NCBI GenBank assembly: GCA_963732385.1
Contig: CAVSZB010000005.1
Span: forward strand, 160,001 to 224,000
Length of the DNA: 64,000 nt
Source: an uncultured bacterium
GTDB taxonomy: Bacteria; Krumholzibacteriota; Krumholzibacteriia; LZORAL124-64-63
Reading direction: 5' to 3'
Shown piece after piece: positions 10,415 to 19,710 of this stretch. Positions within the stretch are counted from its first letter, which is position 1. Each line of letters begins with the position of its first letter. A program made the position numbers and the translations under genes. The notes beneath the pieces are model-generated. The model was not told the DNA's origin. It saw only the letters and a list, made by a program, of their open reading frames with translations, and made no database searches.

Positions 10415-11308
10415 TCAGCCCCTCAGGCGCGCCACGATACCGGCCGCCGGGCGCCCGTCGGGATCGTCGTCCTCCCGGTAGACGAGCGTTTCGAACGGCG
10501 GATCGGGAAACAGGAACGGCAGTTCCCCGGGCGCCAGCAGGAATCGCTGCCGCATGGCGGCCGTGCGCGCCCCCGCGCGCCGGAAGGTGCGGACCATCGC
10601 CACCCCGCCCGGTCTCAGCTTTCCGGGCAGGCTGCGCAGCAACGGACGCTCCAGGTAGCGGAACGCCAGCGCCGCCGCCCAGGGGCCGGGGGGCACCGCG
10701 TCCGGGTCGCACAGGTCGCGGGCCAGCAGGGTGACACGCGCCGGATCGACCCCCTCCGCCCGGATCAGCTCCCGCGCAAGTTCGAGCGCGTCGGGCAGGT
10801 GATCGATGGCCGTGACCGTATAGCCGCGCGCCGCCAGCCAGACGCTCGCCCGTCCGCTGCCGGCTCCGAGATCCAGGATCGGGCCGGCGGCGGGCGGTGG
10901 CAGCAGCGCCGCCTGCTCACGCAGGAAAAGAGGCGGGCGCCAGAGTCCCTTCGCGCCGGGTGCCGTCGTCACGACATCCGACGGCAGCCGCGCCAGGTCC
11001 TCCACATCGAAGAGGCAGGCGTCCACGGAGAGCCGGCAACGCGCCCGCAGGAAATCGCGCGCGGCCCGCGCCGCCGCCGCTGAAGCGGCCAGAATCAGCA
11101 GCGACTCGTGGCGCGATGGCAACAGCACCGCGGGCAGCGCCACAGTCAGCGCCTGCTCACTCCAGGGGGGGGCGGGCAACGGCCGGCTGAAGGCGCCCGC
11201 CACGTGCCCGGCCGTGAAAGAGGCGGCGGGCCGCACGTCCAGCAGATTCCCGATCCGCCAGGCCGGGTGCGTCGGCGCCGCGGACGCCTCGATCAGCGCG
11301 TCGTCCAT
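10415..11308 (-). CDS. Rhodanese-like domain fused to a class I SAM methyltransferase (TehB-like)
   Basis: LLDVRPAASFTAGHVAGA (rhodanese N-terminal motif), ILDLGAGSGR, FRYLER, FLLAPGEL. Confidence 0.75.
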   Translation of the reverse strand: MDDALIEASAAPTHPAWRIGNLLDVRPAASFTAGHVAGAFSRPLPAPPWSEQALTVALPAVLLPSRHESLLILAASAAAARAARDFLRARCRLSVDACLFDVEDLARLPSDVVTTAPGAKGLWRPPLFLREQAALLPPPAAGPILDLGAGSGRASVWLAARGYTVTAIDHLPDALELARELIRAEGVDPARVTLLARDLCDPDAVPPGPWAAALAFRYLERPLLRSLPGKLRPGGVAMVRTFRRAGARTAAMRQRFLLAPGELPFLFPDPPFETLVYREDDDPDGRPAAGIVARLRG

Positions 11309-11405
11309 CCACTACTCCCCGCGCCGACGACGCACGCTAGGCGCGCCGCACGGCATCTGCTAGAATCCGTCATCCGATCCCGCGTCCCGGCGGACGGGGA
11401 GAAAC

Positions 11406-12053
11406 ATGGTTTTGCGCCACACGCTGCTGCTGACCGTCATCGGACCGCTGCTTGCCGCCGCCAGCGAGCGCGGGTTGCTATGCCTGACGTTCATGCATGA
11501 ACGTCACGAGTACCACCTCCGCGCGCGCGCACTAGCCCGTTCATTCGGCCGCGTCGCCGGAGAGGCCGCGCCGCCGGCCGCAAGCGAACCGGCTCCCGAC
11601 GACAACGCCGTCTCCCCCTCCCGAAAACCATCCCCACCGGACCGGCGCGAGGAGGTCGAGGCGGTGGAGGACCCCGCCGCCTTCGCCCCTCTGGCGGCCC
11701 AGTTGGGCGAGTATTTCTGCGGCCGTAGGCAAAATTTCGATCTCGCCCTCGACCTGCGCGGCACCCTGTTCCAGATGCAGGTCTGGCGTCAACTGCTGAA
11801 CATACCTTACGGCCGGCTGCGCACCTATCGGCAGGTGGCCGTGGACATCGGCCGCCCCGGCGCGGCGCGCGCCGCGGGGCAGGCCATCGGCGACAACCCT
11901 GTCGCCATCGTCGTGCCTTGCCACCGCGTGATCGGCTCCGGCGGCAACCTGGTGGGGTTCGGTGGCGGCCTTTCCCTCAAGGGGCAGCTCCTGCGTCTCG
12001 AGGGCCATACCCTGGGTGAGAGGCCCCGGATCGTGGAACCGCGGCTGTTCTGA
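11406..12053 (+). CDS. ogt: Methylated-DNA--protein-cysteine methyltransferase
   Basis: GTLFQMQVW, IPYG, NPVAIVVPCHRVIG active site. Confidence 0.93.
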   Translation: MVLRHTLLLTVIGPLLAAASERGLLCLTFMHERHEYHLRARALARSFGRVAGEAAPPAASEPAPDDNAVSPSRKPSPPDRREEVEAVEDPAAFAPLAAQLGEYFCGRRQNFDLALDLRGTLFQMQVWRQLLNIPYGRLRTYRQVAVDIGRPGAARAAGQAIGDNPVAIVVPCHRVIGSGGNLVGFGGGLSLKGQLLRLEGHTLGERPRIVEPRLF

Positions 12054-12206
12054 GCCGCCGCGCCACGCTTTAGGTAGCATACAATGACCGTCCTGATTTA
12101 TGCTGGCGCTGGAGGCTGCGAAGACCAACCCTACACCCTCGTCGTCTCCCGCCGATAACCGGAAACCAGAACCGTGCCTTCGCTCCCCCGTCATGGAGAG
12201 TGCCGC

Positions 12207-14831
12207 ATGTCGATTGTGAAACGTTTCGTGGTCACGCCAAGCCTGCCAGTGAAGCTGCAGCCGCTGCTGCAGATCGCCCACAACGTCTGGTGGACCTGGA
12301 GTCCCGAGGCGATACAGCTGTTGCGCCGGGTCGACTCCGACCTGTGGGAAAAGCATTCCCACAATCCGGTGGCCCTCCTCGGCAACCTCACTTCGGAGCG
12401 CGTGGACGAACTGCTGCGCGACACGGCGTTCCTCGCGAATCTGGAGCGGGTGAGAGACGAGCTGGAACGGTATCTGACCTTCGAAACCTGGTTCGATCAC
12501 GAGCACGCCGACGACAGGAAGGCCCGCATCGGCTACTTCTCGCTCGAGTTCGGCCTGCACGAGAGCCTGCCGCTCTACTCGGGCGGCCTGGGCATCCTGG
12601 CCGGCGATCATCTCAAGTCGGCCAGTGACCTGGGCATTCCCCTCGTCGGCGTGGGTCTCGCCTATCAGCGGGGCTACTTCCGGCAGTACCTCAACCACGA
12701 CGGCTGGCAGCAGGAGGAGTACCGGGAGAACGACTTTTTCAATATGCCGATGACCGAGGAGCGCGACGAGGCGGGCCAGCCGGTGCTGATCGAGGTGGAG
12801 TTCCCCGGCCGCACGGTCGTGGCGCAGATCTGGCGGGTGCAGGTCGGCCGCAATCCCCTGTTGCTGCTCGACACCAATCTGGCGGCCAACCGCCCCGAGG
12901 ATCGCGAGATCACGAGCGTCCTGTATGGCGGCGATCTCGACCTGCGCATCCGCCAGGAGATCCTGCTCGGCATCGGCGGACTGCGCATGCTGGCGAAGCT
13001 CGGCTACGAGCCGACGGTCTGCCATCTCAACGAGGGCCACTCGGCGTTCCTGAGCCTCGAACGGATCCGGCGGCTGATGCAGATCGAGAAGCTGCCCTAC
13101 CGCACCGCGTTCGAGGTCGTGCGCTCGAGCACGGTGTTCACGACGCACACGCCCGTGCCGGCAGGCAACGACGCCTTCCCCCCCGACATGATCATGCACT
13201 ACCTCGGACCGGTGGCGCGCGATCTCGGGCTCGACACGGACCAGTTCCTCGCCCTCGGCCGGCAGGATGCCGGCAACCGCGTGGAGCCGTTCTGCATGAC
13301 GGTGCTGGCTCTCCGGCTCGCCCAGTTCAGCAACGGCGTGAGCGAGCTGCACGGACGTGTCTCGCGCGCGATGTGGCGCCGCATCTGGCCCGGGGTGCCC
13401 GAGGAAGAGATCCCGATCACCCACGTCACCAACGGGATCCATACCCAGTCGTGGAACTGTTCCGAGATCGCGCGGCTCTACGAGCGGTACCTCGGCCCGC
13501 GCTGGTACGAAGAACCGACGAATCAGCTCGTCTGGGAGCGCGTGGCGCGCATTCCCGACTCCGAACTGTGGCGCAGCCACGAGCGGATGCGCGAGCGTCT
13601 GGTGGGCTTCGTGCGCGGCCGGCTGCAGGCACAGCTGCAGCGGCGGGGCGTCAATCGGGCCCAGATCACCGACGCCGAGGAGGTGCTCGATCCGGAGGCG
13701 CTGACGATCGGCTTCGCGCGTCGCTTCGCCACCTACAAGCGGGCGGACCTGATCATGCGCGACCCGCAGCGCCTCGCGCGCATCCTCAACCATGCCGACC
13801 GGCCCGTGCAGTTGATCTTCGCGGGCAAGGCGCACCCGAAGGACCATCCGGGCAAGGAACTGATCCGCCAGATCATCCACCTGTCGCAGCAGCCGGAATT
13901 CCGCCGCCGCATCGTGTTCATCGAGAACTACGACATCGAGGTGGCGCGCTACATGGTTCAGGGCGTGGATGTCTGGTTGAACAATCCGCGCCGCCCCCTC
14001 GAAGCGAGCGGCACTTCGGGCATGAAGGTGCCGGTCAACGGCGGCATCAACCTCTCCGTTCTCGACGGCTGGTGGTGCGAAGGATACAAGGGCGACAACG
14101 GCTGGGCGATCGGCGCCGGCGAGGAGTACGAAGACACCGCGTATCAGGACGAGGTGGAAGCGCTCGCCCTCTACGACCTGCTCGAGGCCGAGATCGTGCC
14201 GGCGTTCTACGAGCGCGGCAACGACAGCGTGCCGCGCGAGTGGGTGCGCGTGATGAAGAACTCGATGCGTCGGGTCTGCGCGAACTTCAATACCAACCGC
14301 ATGGTCGAGGAGTACGTCCAGCGCTTCTACATCCCCTGCGTCCACGGGGTGGAGCGCCTGGCGTCGGATCAGTACGCCGGAGCCGGTGCGCAGGCGCAGT
14401 GGCGCGCCGACATGGGCTCCCACTGGCCGGATGTGCAGGTGACGGAGGTGCGCGCAGAGATCGACCGCTCCCGCCCGATGGGCTCGCGCCTGCCGGTCAC
14501 CGCCAAGGTCCGGCTGGGCGGTCTGCCCACCACCGACGTCCTCGTGGAGATCTATCACGGACCGCTCGACGCCACCGGCGTCATTGTCCAGGGCGAGACG
14601 ACGACCATGCTCCCCGCCGGCCAGCCGTCAGGCGGACTGCTGACCTATGCGGGCGACATCCCCTGCCGCCGTTCCGGTCTGCGTGGCTTCACGATCCGCA
14701 TCGTGCCGCACCGCGCGGGAACGCTGCTGGGCCGGTTCGAAACGGGGCTCGTGCGCTGGTGGGACACCGAAGGAGCGCCAGCCGTTCCGGGCGCGACGCA
14801 TCCGATCGACGCTTCCACGGCGACGCGCTGA
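12207..14831 (+). CDS. glgP: Alpha-glucan (glycogen/maltodextrin) phosphorylase
   Basis: YSGGLGILAGDHLKSASDL, HLNEGH, GFARRFATYKR, EASGTSGMK (PLP lysine). GGAGAG precedes ATG 12207. Confidence 0.96.
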   Translation: MSIVKRFVVTPSLPVKLQPLLQIAHNVWWTWSPEAIQLLRRVDSDLWEKHSHNPVALLGNLTSERVDELLRDTAFLANLERVRDELERYLTFETWFDHEHADDRKARIGYFSLEFGLHESLPLYSGGLGILAGDHLKSASDLGIPLVGVGLAYQRGYFRQYLNHDGWQQEEYRENDFFNMPMTEERDEAGQPVLIEVEFPGRTVVAQIWRVQVGRNPLLLLDTNLAANRPEDREITSVLYGGDLDLRIRQEILLGIGGLRMLAKLGYEPTVCHLNEGHSAFLSLERIRRLMQIEKLPYRTAFEVVRSSTVFTTHTPVPAGNDAFPPDMIMHYLGPVARDLGLDTDQFLALGRQDAGNRVEPFCMTVLALRLAQFSNGVSELHGRVSRAMWRRIWPGVPEEEIPITHVTNGIHTQSWNCSEIARLYERYLGPRWYEEPTNQLVWERVARIPDSELWRSHERMRERLVGFVRGRLQAQLQRRGVNRAQITDAEEVLDPEALTIGFARRFATYKRADLIMRDPQRLARILNHADRPVQLIFAGKAHPKDHPGKELIRQIIHLSQQPEFRRRIVFIENYDIEVARYMVQGVDVWLNNPRRPLEASGTSGMKVPVNGGINLSVLDGWWCEGYKGDNGWAIGAGEEYEDTAYQDEVEALALYDLLEAEIVPAFYERGNDSVPREWVRVMKNSMRRVCANFNTNRMVEEYVQRFYIPCVHGVERLASDQYAGAGAQAQWRADMGSHWPDVQVTEVRAEIDRSRPMGSRLPVTAKVRLGGLPTTDVLVEIYHGPLDATGVIVQGETTTMLPAGQPSGGLLTYAGDIPCRRSGLRGFTIRIVPHRAGTLLGRFETGLVRWWDTEGAPAVPGATHPIDASTATR

Positions 14832-14849
14832 GCCGCGCCCGGAGCGGCG

Positions 14850-15260
14850 TCAGTCCGCCAGCCCCGGCACGATGCGCCGCAGGTCCTGCACGTATGCCTT
14901 GAAGCGCCGCGCACCGTCTCCGGTCAGCCGGACGATGGTGCGCGGCCGCCGGCCGACGAAACCCTTCTCGATCTCCACCACTCCCCCCTCCTGCAGACGG
15001 GAGAGGTGCACGGACAGTGTGCCGTCGGTCATGCCGGCCAATGCGCGCAGCTCCGTGAACGGAAGCGTTCCGAGGCGGACCAGATGGCAGAGGATGAGCA
15101 GACGCCCCCGGCTGTGCAACAGCTCGGGCAAAGGGGCGCCTGCCGGCGGACGCGCCGCCGAGGAATCATTCAAGCCCGCGGGGCCTCCCTGCCCTGCCGG
15201 CGGCCTTCCGTGGCCCCCGGTCCCGGAAGAAGGCGGCGCCTCCCCCGGAGAGCGGTTCAT
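14850..15260 (-). CDS. Winged-helix transcriptional regulator (HTH_34, ArsR/MarR-like)
   Basis: LLHSRGRLLIL...FTELRALAGMTDGTLSVHLSRL...KGFVGRRPRT. Start uncertain. Confidence 0.82.
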   Translation of the reverse strand: MNRSPGEAPPSSGTGGHGRPPAGQGGPAGLNDSSAARPPAGAPLPELLHSRGRLLILCHLVRLGTLPFTELRALAGMTDGTLSVHLSRLQEGGVVEIEKGFVGRRPRTIVRLTGDGARRFKAYVQDLRRIVPGLAD

Positions 15261-15519
15261 CCCGCCAGTACTGGAGCGCCATATCGCTCTTCGCCGGCCA
15301 CTGAGGGCGAAGGAGGCGACGGGGGGGCGGTTCCCGCAACCGGGTGAGCCGCCCCCCGACAACGGCCGGTAGGGGTTCCGTCCCCTTCCCCTTGCGGGGG
15401 TCCTCGGCCTGCAACCGGTGCTCCGTCAGGACCCGGCGCTGTCCAACGGGATGAACCTTTTCACGCCGGTCATCCGGGCTGCCGATCCGGCGCGTCCCGC
15501 GCCCGCGACCGGCACGCAT

Positions 15520-15551
15520 ACTTTATAATTCAAAGTGCTTTGTTCTGTCAA
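15520..15551. promoter_or_regulatory. Promoter and palindromic operator between the regulator and rocD
   Basis: Minus-strand TTGACA (15551-15546) with TATAAA 18 nt downstream; plus-strand TATAAT at 15524-15529; inverted repeats ACTTT-N7-AAAGT (15520-15536) and CAAAG-TG-CTTTG (15531-15542). Confidence 0.65.
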
Positions 15552-15700
15552 GTTATTTTTTAGAATTCCTGGGGGCGGGGGAGAGGCCGACCCGGCTGGA
15601 CTTCGCGGGGACGCCCGCTATCTTGAAACGACCGTCACGCGGCGGCGCCGAGGGGGTCGTCGCCGCGCCGGCCAGCCTGTCAGCGAGGAGTCGAATCAAT

Positions 15701-16903
15701 ATGAGCAAGACCGAGAAGTTCATCGCGCTCGAGGAGCAGCACGGCGCCCACAACTACCACCCGCTCGACATCGTCATCCGCAAGGCCGAAGGGGTCTGGG
15801 TGGAGGACGTCGAAGGGAAGCGCTACCTCGATTTCCTGGCCGCCTACTCGGCGGTCAACCAGGGACACTGCCACCCGCGCCTGCTCAAGGTGTTCCGCCG
15901 CCAGGCCGCGCGGGTCACGCTGACCAGCCGCGCCTTCCGCAACGATCAGTTGCCGCTGTTGTGCCGCGAGCTGAGCGAGATGACCGGCTTCCGGCGGGTG
16001 CTGCCGATGAACTCCGGCGCCGAAGCGGTGGAGACGGCGGTCAAGGCGGCGCGCAAGTGGGGCCACAAGGTGAAGGGGATCCCCGACAACCAGGCCGAGA
16101 TCATCACCTGCGCCGGCAACTTCCACGGCCGCACCACGACGATCGTCAGCTTTTCCACCGACGAGCAGTACCGCGACGGCTTCGGCCCCTTCACGCCCGG
16201 CTTCAAGACGATCCCCTACGGAGACACCAAAGCCCTCGCCGCCGCGATCACGCCGAACACCTGCGCCTTCCTGGTCGAGCCGATCCAGGGCGAAGCCGGC
16301 ATCGTCGTGCCACCTGCCGGCTTCCTGAAGCAGGCCGCCGAGATCTGCAAGGCCAACCGCGTGCTGCTGCTCTGCGACGAGATCCAGTCCGGCCTCGGCC
16401 GCACCGGCAAACTGTTCGCCTACGAGTGGGACGGCGTCCGCCCCGACGGCCTGATCATCGGCAAGGCGCTCGCCGGCGGCTTCTACCCCGTCTCGGCCTT
16501 CCTCGCCGACGACGAAGTGATGAACGTCTTCCACCCCGGCGACCACGGCTCCACCTTCGGCGGCAACCCGCTCGGCGCCGCCGTGGCGCGCGAAGCCCTG
16601 CAGGTCATCGTCGACGAGAAGCTCGTCGAGCGCAGCCACGAACTCGGCACCTGGTTCATGGCCAAACTCAACGAGATCAAGAGCAGGAGCATCGTCACCG
16701 CCCGCGGCCGCGGCCTCTGGATCGGCCTGGTGCTGAACACCAAGGCCCGCCCGTACTGTGAAGCGCTGATGGCAGAGGGCGTGCTTTGCAAGGAGACGCA
16801 CGAGAACGTGATCCGTCTGGCCCCGCCGCTGTGCGTGACGAAGAAGGAACTGAGCTGGGCGCTGCGTCGGCTGGAGAAGGTGTTCCGTAAAATCGACGGG
16901 TGA
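15701..16903 (+). CDS. rocD: Ornithine--oxo-acid aminotransferase
   Basis: GAHNYHPL, AYSAVNQGHCHP, LTSRAF, PMNSGAEAVETA, DEIQSGLGRTG, HGSTFGGNPL. GAGGAG RBS. Confidence 0.96.
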   Translation: MSKTEKFIALEEQHGAHNYHPLDIVIRKAEGVWVEDVEGKRYLDFLAAYSAVNQGHCHPRLLKVFRRQAARVTLTSRAFRNDQLPLLCRELSEMTGFRRVLPMNSGAEAVETAVKAARKWGHKVKGIPDNQAEIITCAGNFHGRTTTIVSFSTDEQYRDGFGPFTPGFKTIPYGDTKALAAAITPNTCAFLVEPIQGEAGIVVPPAGFLKQAAEICKANRVLLLCDEIQSGLGRTGKLFAYEWDGVRPDGLIIGKALAGGFYPVSAFLADDEVMNVFHPGDHGSTFGGNPLGAAVAREALQVIVDEKLVERSHELGTWFMAKLNEIKSRSIVTARGRGLWIGLVLNTKARPYCEALMAEGVLCKETHENVIRLAPPLCVTKKELSWALRRLEKVFRKIDG

Positions 16904-17017
16904 GGACCAGCGCAGGCACCGATCGCGAACAGGGGCGGCCGCAATGCCGCCTCTGTTGTTCTTGCGGCCCGCTGCCGGCAACCGGACTCGCTGTTTCTGC
17001 GCAGAAAGAGGAATCGC

Positions 17018-18127
17018 ATGGCTGCCCTCGCTTTAGTCTTTCGCTGCCTGGCCCTGCCTCTGGTCGTCACTCTGTTCGCTGCCGATGCGCGCGCCGCTGC
17101 TGCCCCGGCCGATTCGGTCAGGACGGCGTCCGGGAGCCTCTCGGTGGTGCCGGCGCTGTTCTATGCGCCGGAGACGCGGTTTGGCGCGGGGGCCTTCGCT
17201 ATTCGCACGTTCAGGGCCGGGGAGGCGGGCAGGGAGGCGCGGCCTTCCAGTGTGACGGCGGGGTTGCTTGGCACGGTGGAGAAGCAGGCGCTGGTGATCG
17301 TGGCGGCGGATCTGTACCGGCGTGGCGAGGCGTTGCGGTGGCTCGGGCTGGCGGCGTGGAGCTACTTCCCGACGAAGTTCTACGGGGTCGGAGCGGAGAC
17401 GCCGGAGGGGAACGAAGAGGACTACACGCCGCGGACGCTGGCGTTGCAGGCGCAGGGGCTGCCACGCGTGGCGGCGGGGCTGCGGGCGGGGCCGCGGGTC
17501 GAGTATCAGCGGTTGCGGCTGGCGGAGGTCGAAGCCGGGGGGCTGCTGGCTGCGGGTGACGTGCCGGGGGCCGGCGGGGGCGATGCGCTGGGGGCCGGCT
17601 TTGTCGTGCTGTACGACACGCGGGACAACGTGTTCTTTCCGACGCGGGGGCAGTTGCACGAGGCTTCGGTGACGGCGTTCGGCGGCGGGCTCGGGGGCGA
17701 CTTCAGCTGGACGCGGCGGATGGTCGATCTGCGGCGGTATCTGCCGCTGGGGCCGAGGCATACGGTGGCGCTGCAGGGGTTGCTGGTGTCCAACCGCGGG
17801 GAGCCGCCGTTCACGCAACTCGGGCTGCTCGGGGGGCAGAACGTGCTGCGCGGGTACTACGAGGGGCGCGACCGCGATCGCAATCTGGCGGCGGCGCAGG
17901 CGGAGTACCGGCGGCCGCTCGGATCGCGGTTCGGGCTGGCGCTGTTCGCGGCGGGCGGGACGGTGGCACGCGACCTCGCCGGGCTTTCGCTGGCGCATCT
18001 GCGCGTGGCGGGCGGAGCGGGGCTGCGCTATCTGCTGAGCGTGAGCGAGGGGATCAACTTCCGGCTCGACTACGGCGTCGGTGACGACTCGTCCGGGATG
18101 TACTTCACGGCGACCGAGGCGTTCTAA
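17018..18127 (+). CDS. Omp85/BamA-TamA family beta-barrel outer membrane protein without POTRA domains
   Basis: Signal peptide, YAPETRFG, YDTRDNVFFPTRG, LRGYYEGR (Omp85 RGY motif), C-terminal Phe (EAF). Confidence 0.8.
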   Translation: MAALALVFRCLALPLVVTLFAADARAAAAPADSVRTASGSLSVVPALFYAPETRFGAGAFAIRTFRAGEAGREARPSSVTAGLLGTVEKQALVIVAADLYRRGEALRWLGLAAWSYFPTKFYGVGAETPEGNEEDYTPRTLALQAQGLPRVAAGLRAGPRVEYQRLRLAEVEAGGLLAAGDVPGAGGGDALGAGFVVLYDTRDNVFFPTRGQLHEASVTAFGGGLGGDFSWTRRMVDLRRYLPLGPRHTVALQGLLVSNRGEPPFTQLGLLGGQNVLRGYYEGRDRDRNLAAAQAEYRRPLGSRFGLALFAAGGTVARDLAGLSLAHLRVAGGAGLRYLLSVSEGINFRLDYGVGDDSSGMYFTATEAF

Positions 18128-18136
18128 GGGGGGGCG

Positions 18137-18953
18137 ATGCCGGTCACGCTGGTGGCGCTGCACGTCTATCCGGTGAAGGGGTGTCGCGGGCTGGAGCCGG
18201 CGGCGGCGTGGGCCGGGACGCGAGGGCTGGAGGGCGACCGGCGGTGGATGGTCGTCGATGGCGCGGGACGGTTCGTTTCGCAGCGGACTCGGCCGCGGCT
18301 GGCGGTCGTGGCGCCGGAGCTGGCGGCCGGGGCGCTGATGCTGCGAGTGCCGGGGCGCGAGGCGCTCGTAGTGCCTCTTGGACCCGACGGCGGGCCGGCC
18401 GGGGTCGTTGCCACCGGGCAAGTCACCGTCTGGCGCGACACGGTGGCGGCGCGCGACGCGGGCGCGGCGGCGGCGGACTGGTTCGGGGCACTGCTCGGCG
18501 AGACGGCCCGCCTCGTCTTCATGCCGGACGACACGCGGCGCGGGGTCGATCCGGATTACGCGGCGCCGGGCGACGTCGTCAGCTTCGCGGACGGCTTCCC
18601 CTGGCTGCTGATCTCCGAGGGGTCGCTGGCCGATCTCAACGCGCGCCTCCCCCGTCCCCTGCCGATGGCCCGTTTCCGCCCCAATCTCGTCGTGAGTGGT
18701 TGCGCCCCGTACGCCGAGGACGGCTGGCGGACGCTGCGGATCGGCGAGGCGGTGTTCCGTATCGTCAAGCCATGCGCCCGCTGCTCCGTCACCACGGTCG
18801 ACCAGGAGACCGGCGAGCCGGACGGGCCGGAGCCGCTGCGCACGCTGGCCGGCTATCGGCGCGTCGGGGACGGGGTCATGTTCGGGCAGAACCTGCTGGC
18901 GGAGCAGGACCGGCGAGTTGCGCGTCGGCGCGCCGGTGGAGATCCTCGCCTGA
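18137..18953 (+). CDS. MOSC domain protein (YcbX-like), with an apparent one-base frameshift near the 3' end
   Basis: YPVKGC, DRRWMVVD, FADGFP, RFRPNLVV, KPCARC, FGQN. The expected tail GELRVGAPVEIL* lies in another frame ending at 18953; the annotated frame runs to 19003. Confidence 0.85.
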
Positions 18954-18957
18954 GCCG

Positions 18958-19623
18958 CTACTCGATCATTTTCGCCAGCTGCGCCGCCCGCCGGCCCACG
19001 TAGTCACCGTTGACATGGTAGCGCAGCGGGGCCGGGATGATCGCGGCGAGACGGCAGCACTGGTCGCGCGACAGCTTCGCCAGCGGGACGCCGAAGTGGT
19101 GCTCCGACGCGGCCGCCACGCCGAACACGCCGGGGCCGAACTCGATCGAGTTGAGGTAGATCTCGAGGATGCGGTCCTTGGGCAGCAGCAGCTCCATCAC
19201 CGCGGCGATGGCCGCCTCGCGGCCCTTGCGCACGTAGGTGCGCTCGGAGGAGAGAAACAGGTTCTTGGCGAGCTGCTGGGTGATCGTGCTGCCGCCCCGC
19301 CGGACCTCGTCGGCCTTCTCGTTGCGCGCCCGCGCCGCCCTGATGGCCTCGGCGTCGAAGCCGTGGTGGCGGTAGAACTTCCCGTCCTCGGCCTCGAGGA
19401 CGGCCCGGCGCAGGTCGCGTGGGATCCTGGCCAGCGGCGTCCAGACATGGCGGACGGTGTAGGTCTCCTGGCGCTCGTGCGCTTCGCGGTCGCGCATCCG
19501 CATCCAGGCGGTCGACTGCGGCTCGAACCAGCGCAGGGCGAGCACCTGGGCGAACGTTGCGCCGATGGCGATCCCGAGCAGGATGCCGGTCCAGCGGACG
19601 GCGTGGCGGACGAAACGCGGCAT
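18958..19623 (-). CDS. mtgA: Monofunctional peptidoglycan transglycosylase
   Basis: AEDGKFYRHHGFD, RGGSTITQQLAKNLFL, RKGRE, KDRILEIYLN. GGAGG precedes ATG 19623. Confidence 0.93.
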   Translation of the reverse strand: MPRFVRHAVRWTGILLGIAIGATFAQVLALRWFEPQSTAWMRMRDREAHERQETYTVRHVWTPLARIPRDLRRAVLEAEDGKFYRHHGFDAEAIRAARARNEKADEVRRGGSTITQQLAKNLFLSSERTYVRKGREAAIAAVMELLLPKDRILEIYLNSIEFGPGVFGVAAASEHHFGVPLAKLSRDQCCRLAAIIPAPLRYHVNGDYVGRRAAQLAKMIE

Positions 19624-19710
19624 GGTCCTCCGGGCGGCGGCGATCGTGACGATCCCGGCGCCCGCAAGCGTAGCCGCCCCGGTCATTCGCGGCAAGCCCG
19701 GACAAACCGA

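Noticed and set aside
11541..14558. 1005-aa minus-strand ORF, and similar long antisense or alternative-frame ORFs (e.g. 50025-53066, 19004-21139, 34867-37224)
   Set aside because: These are shadow ORFs of well-supported genes, expected in high-GC DNA with strong codon bias. They show no family motifs.
15415..15445. CCGTCAGG resembling the SRP (4.5S) RNA core
   Set aside because: The required GGAA loop and AGCAG partner strand do not follow.
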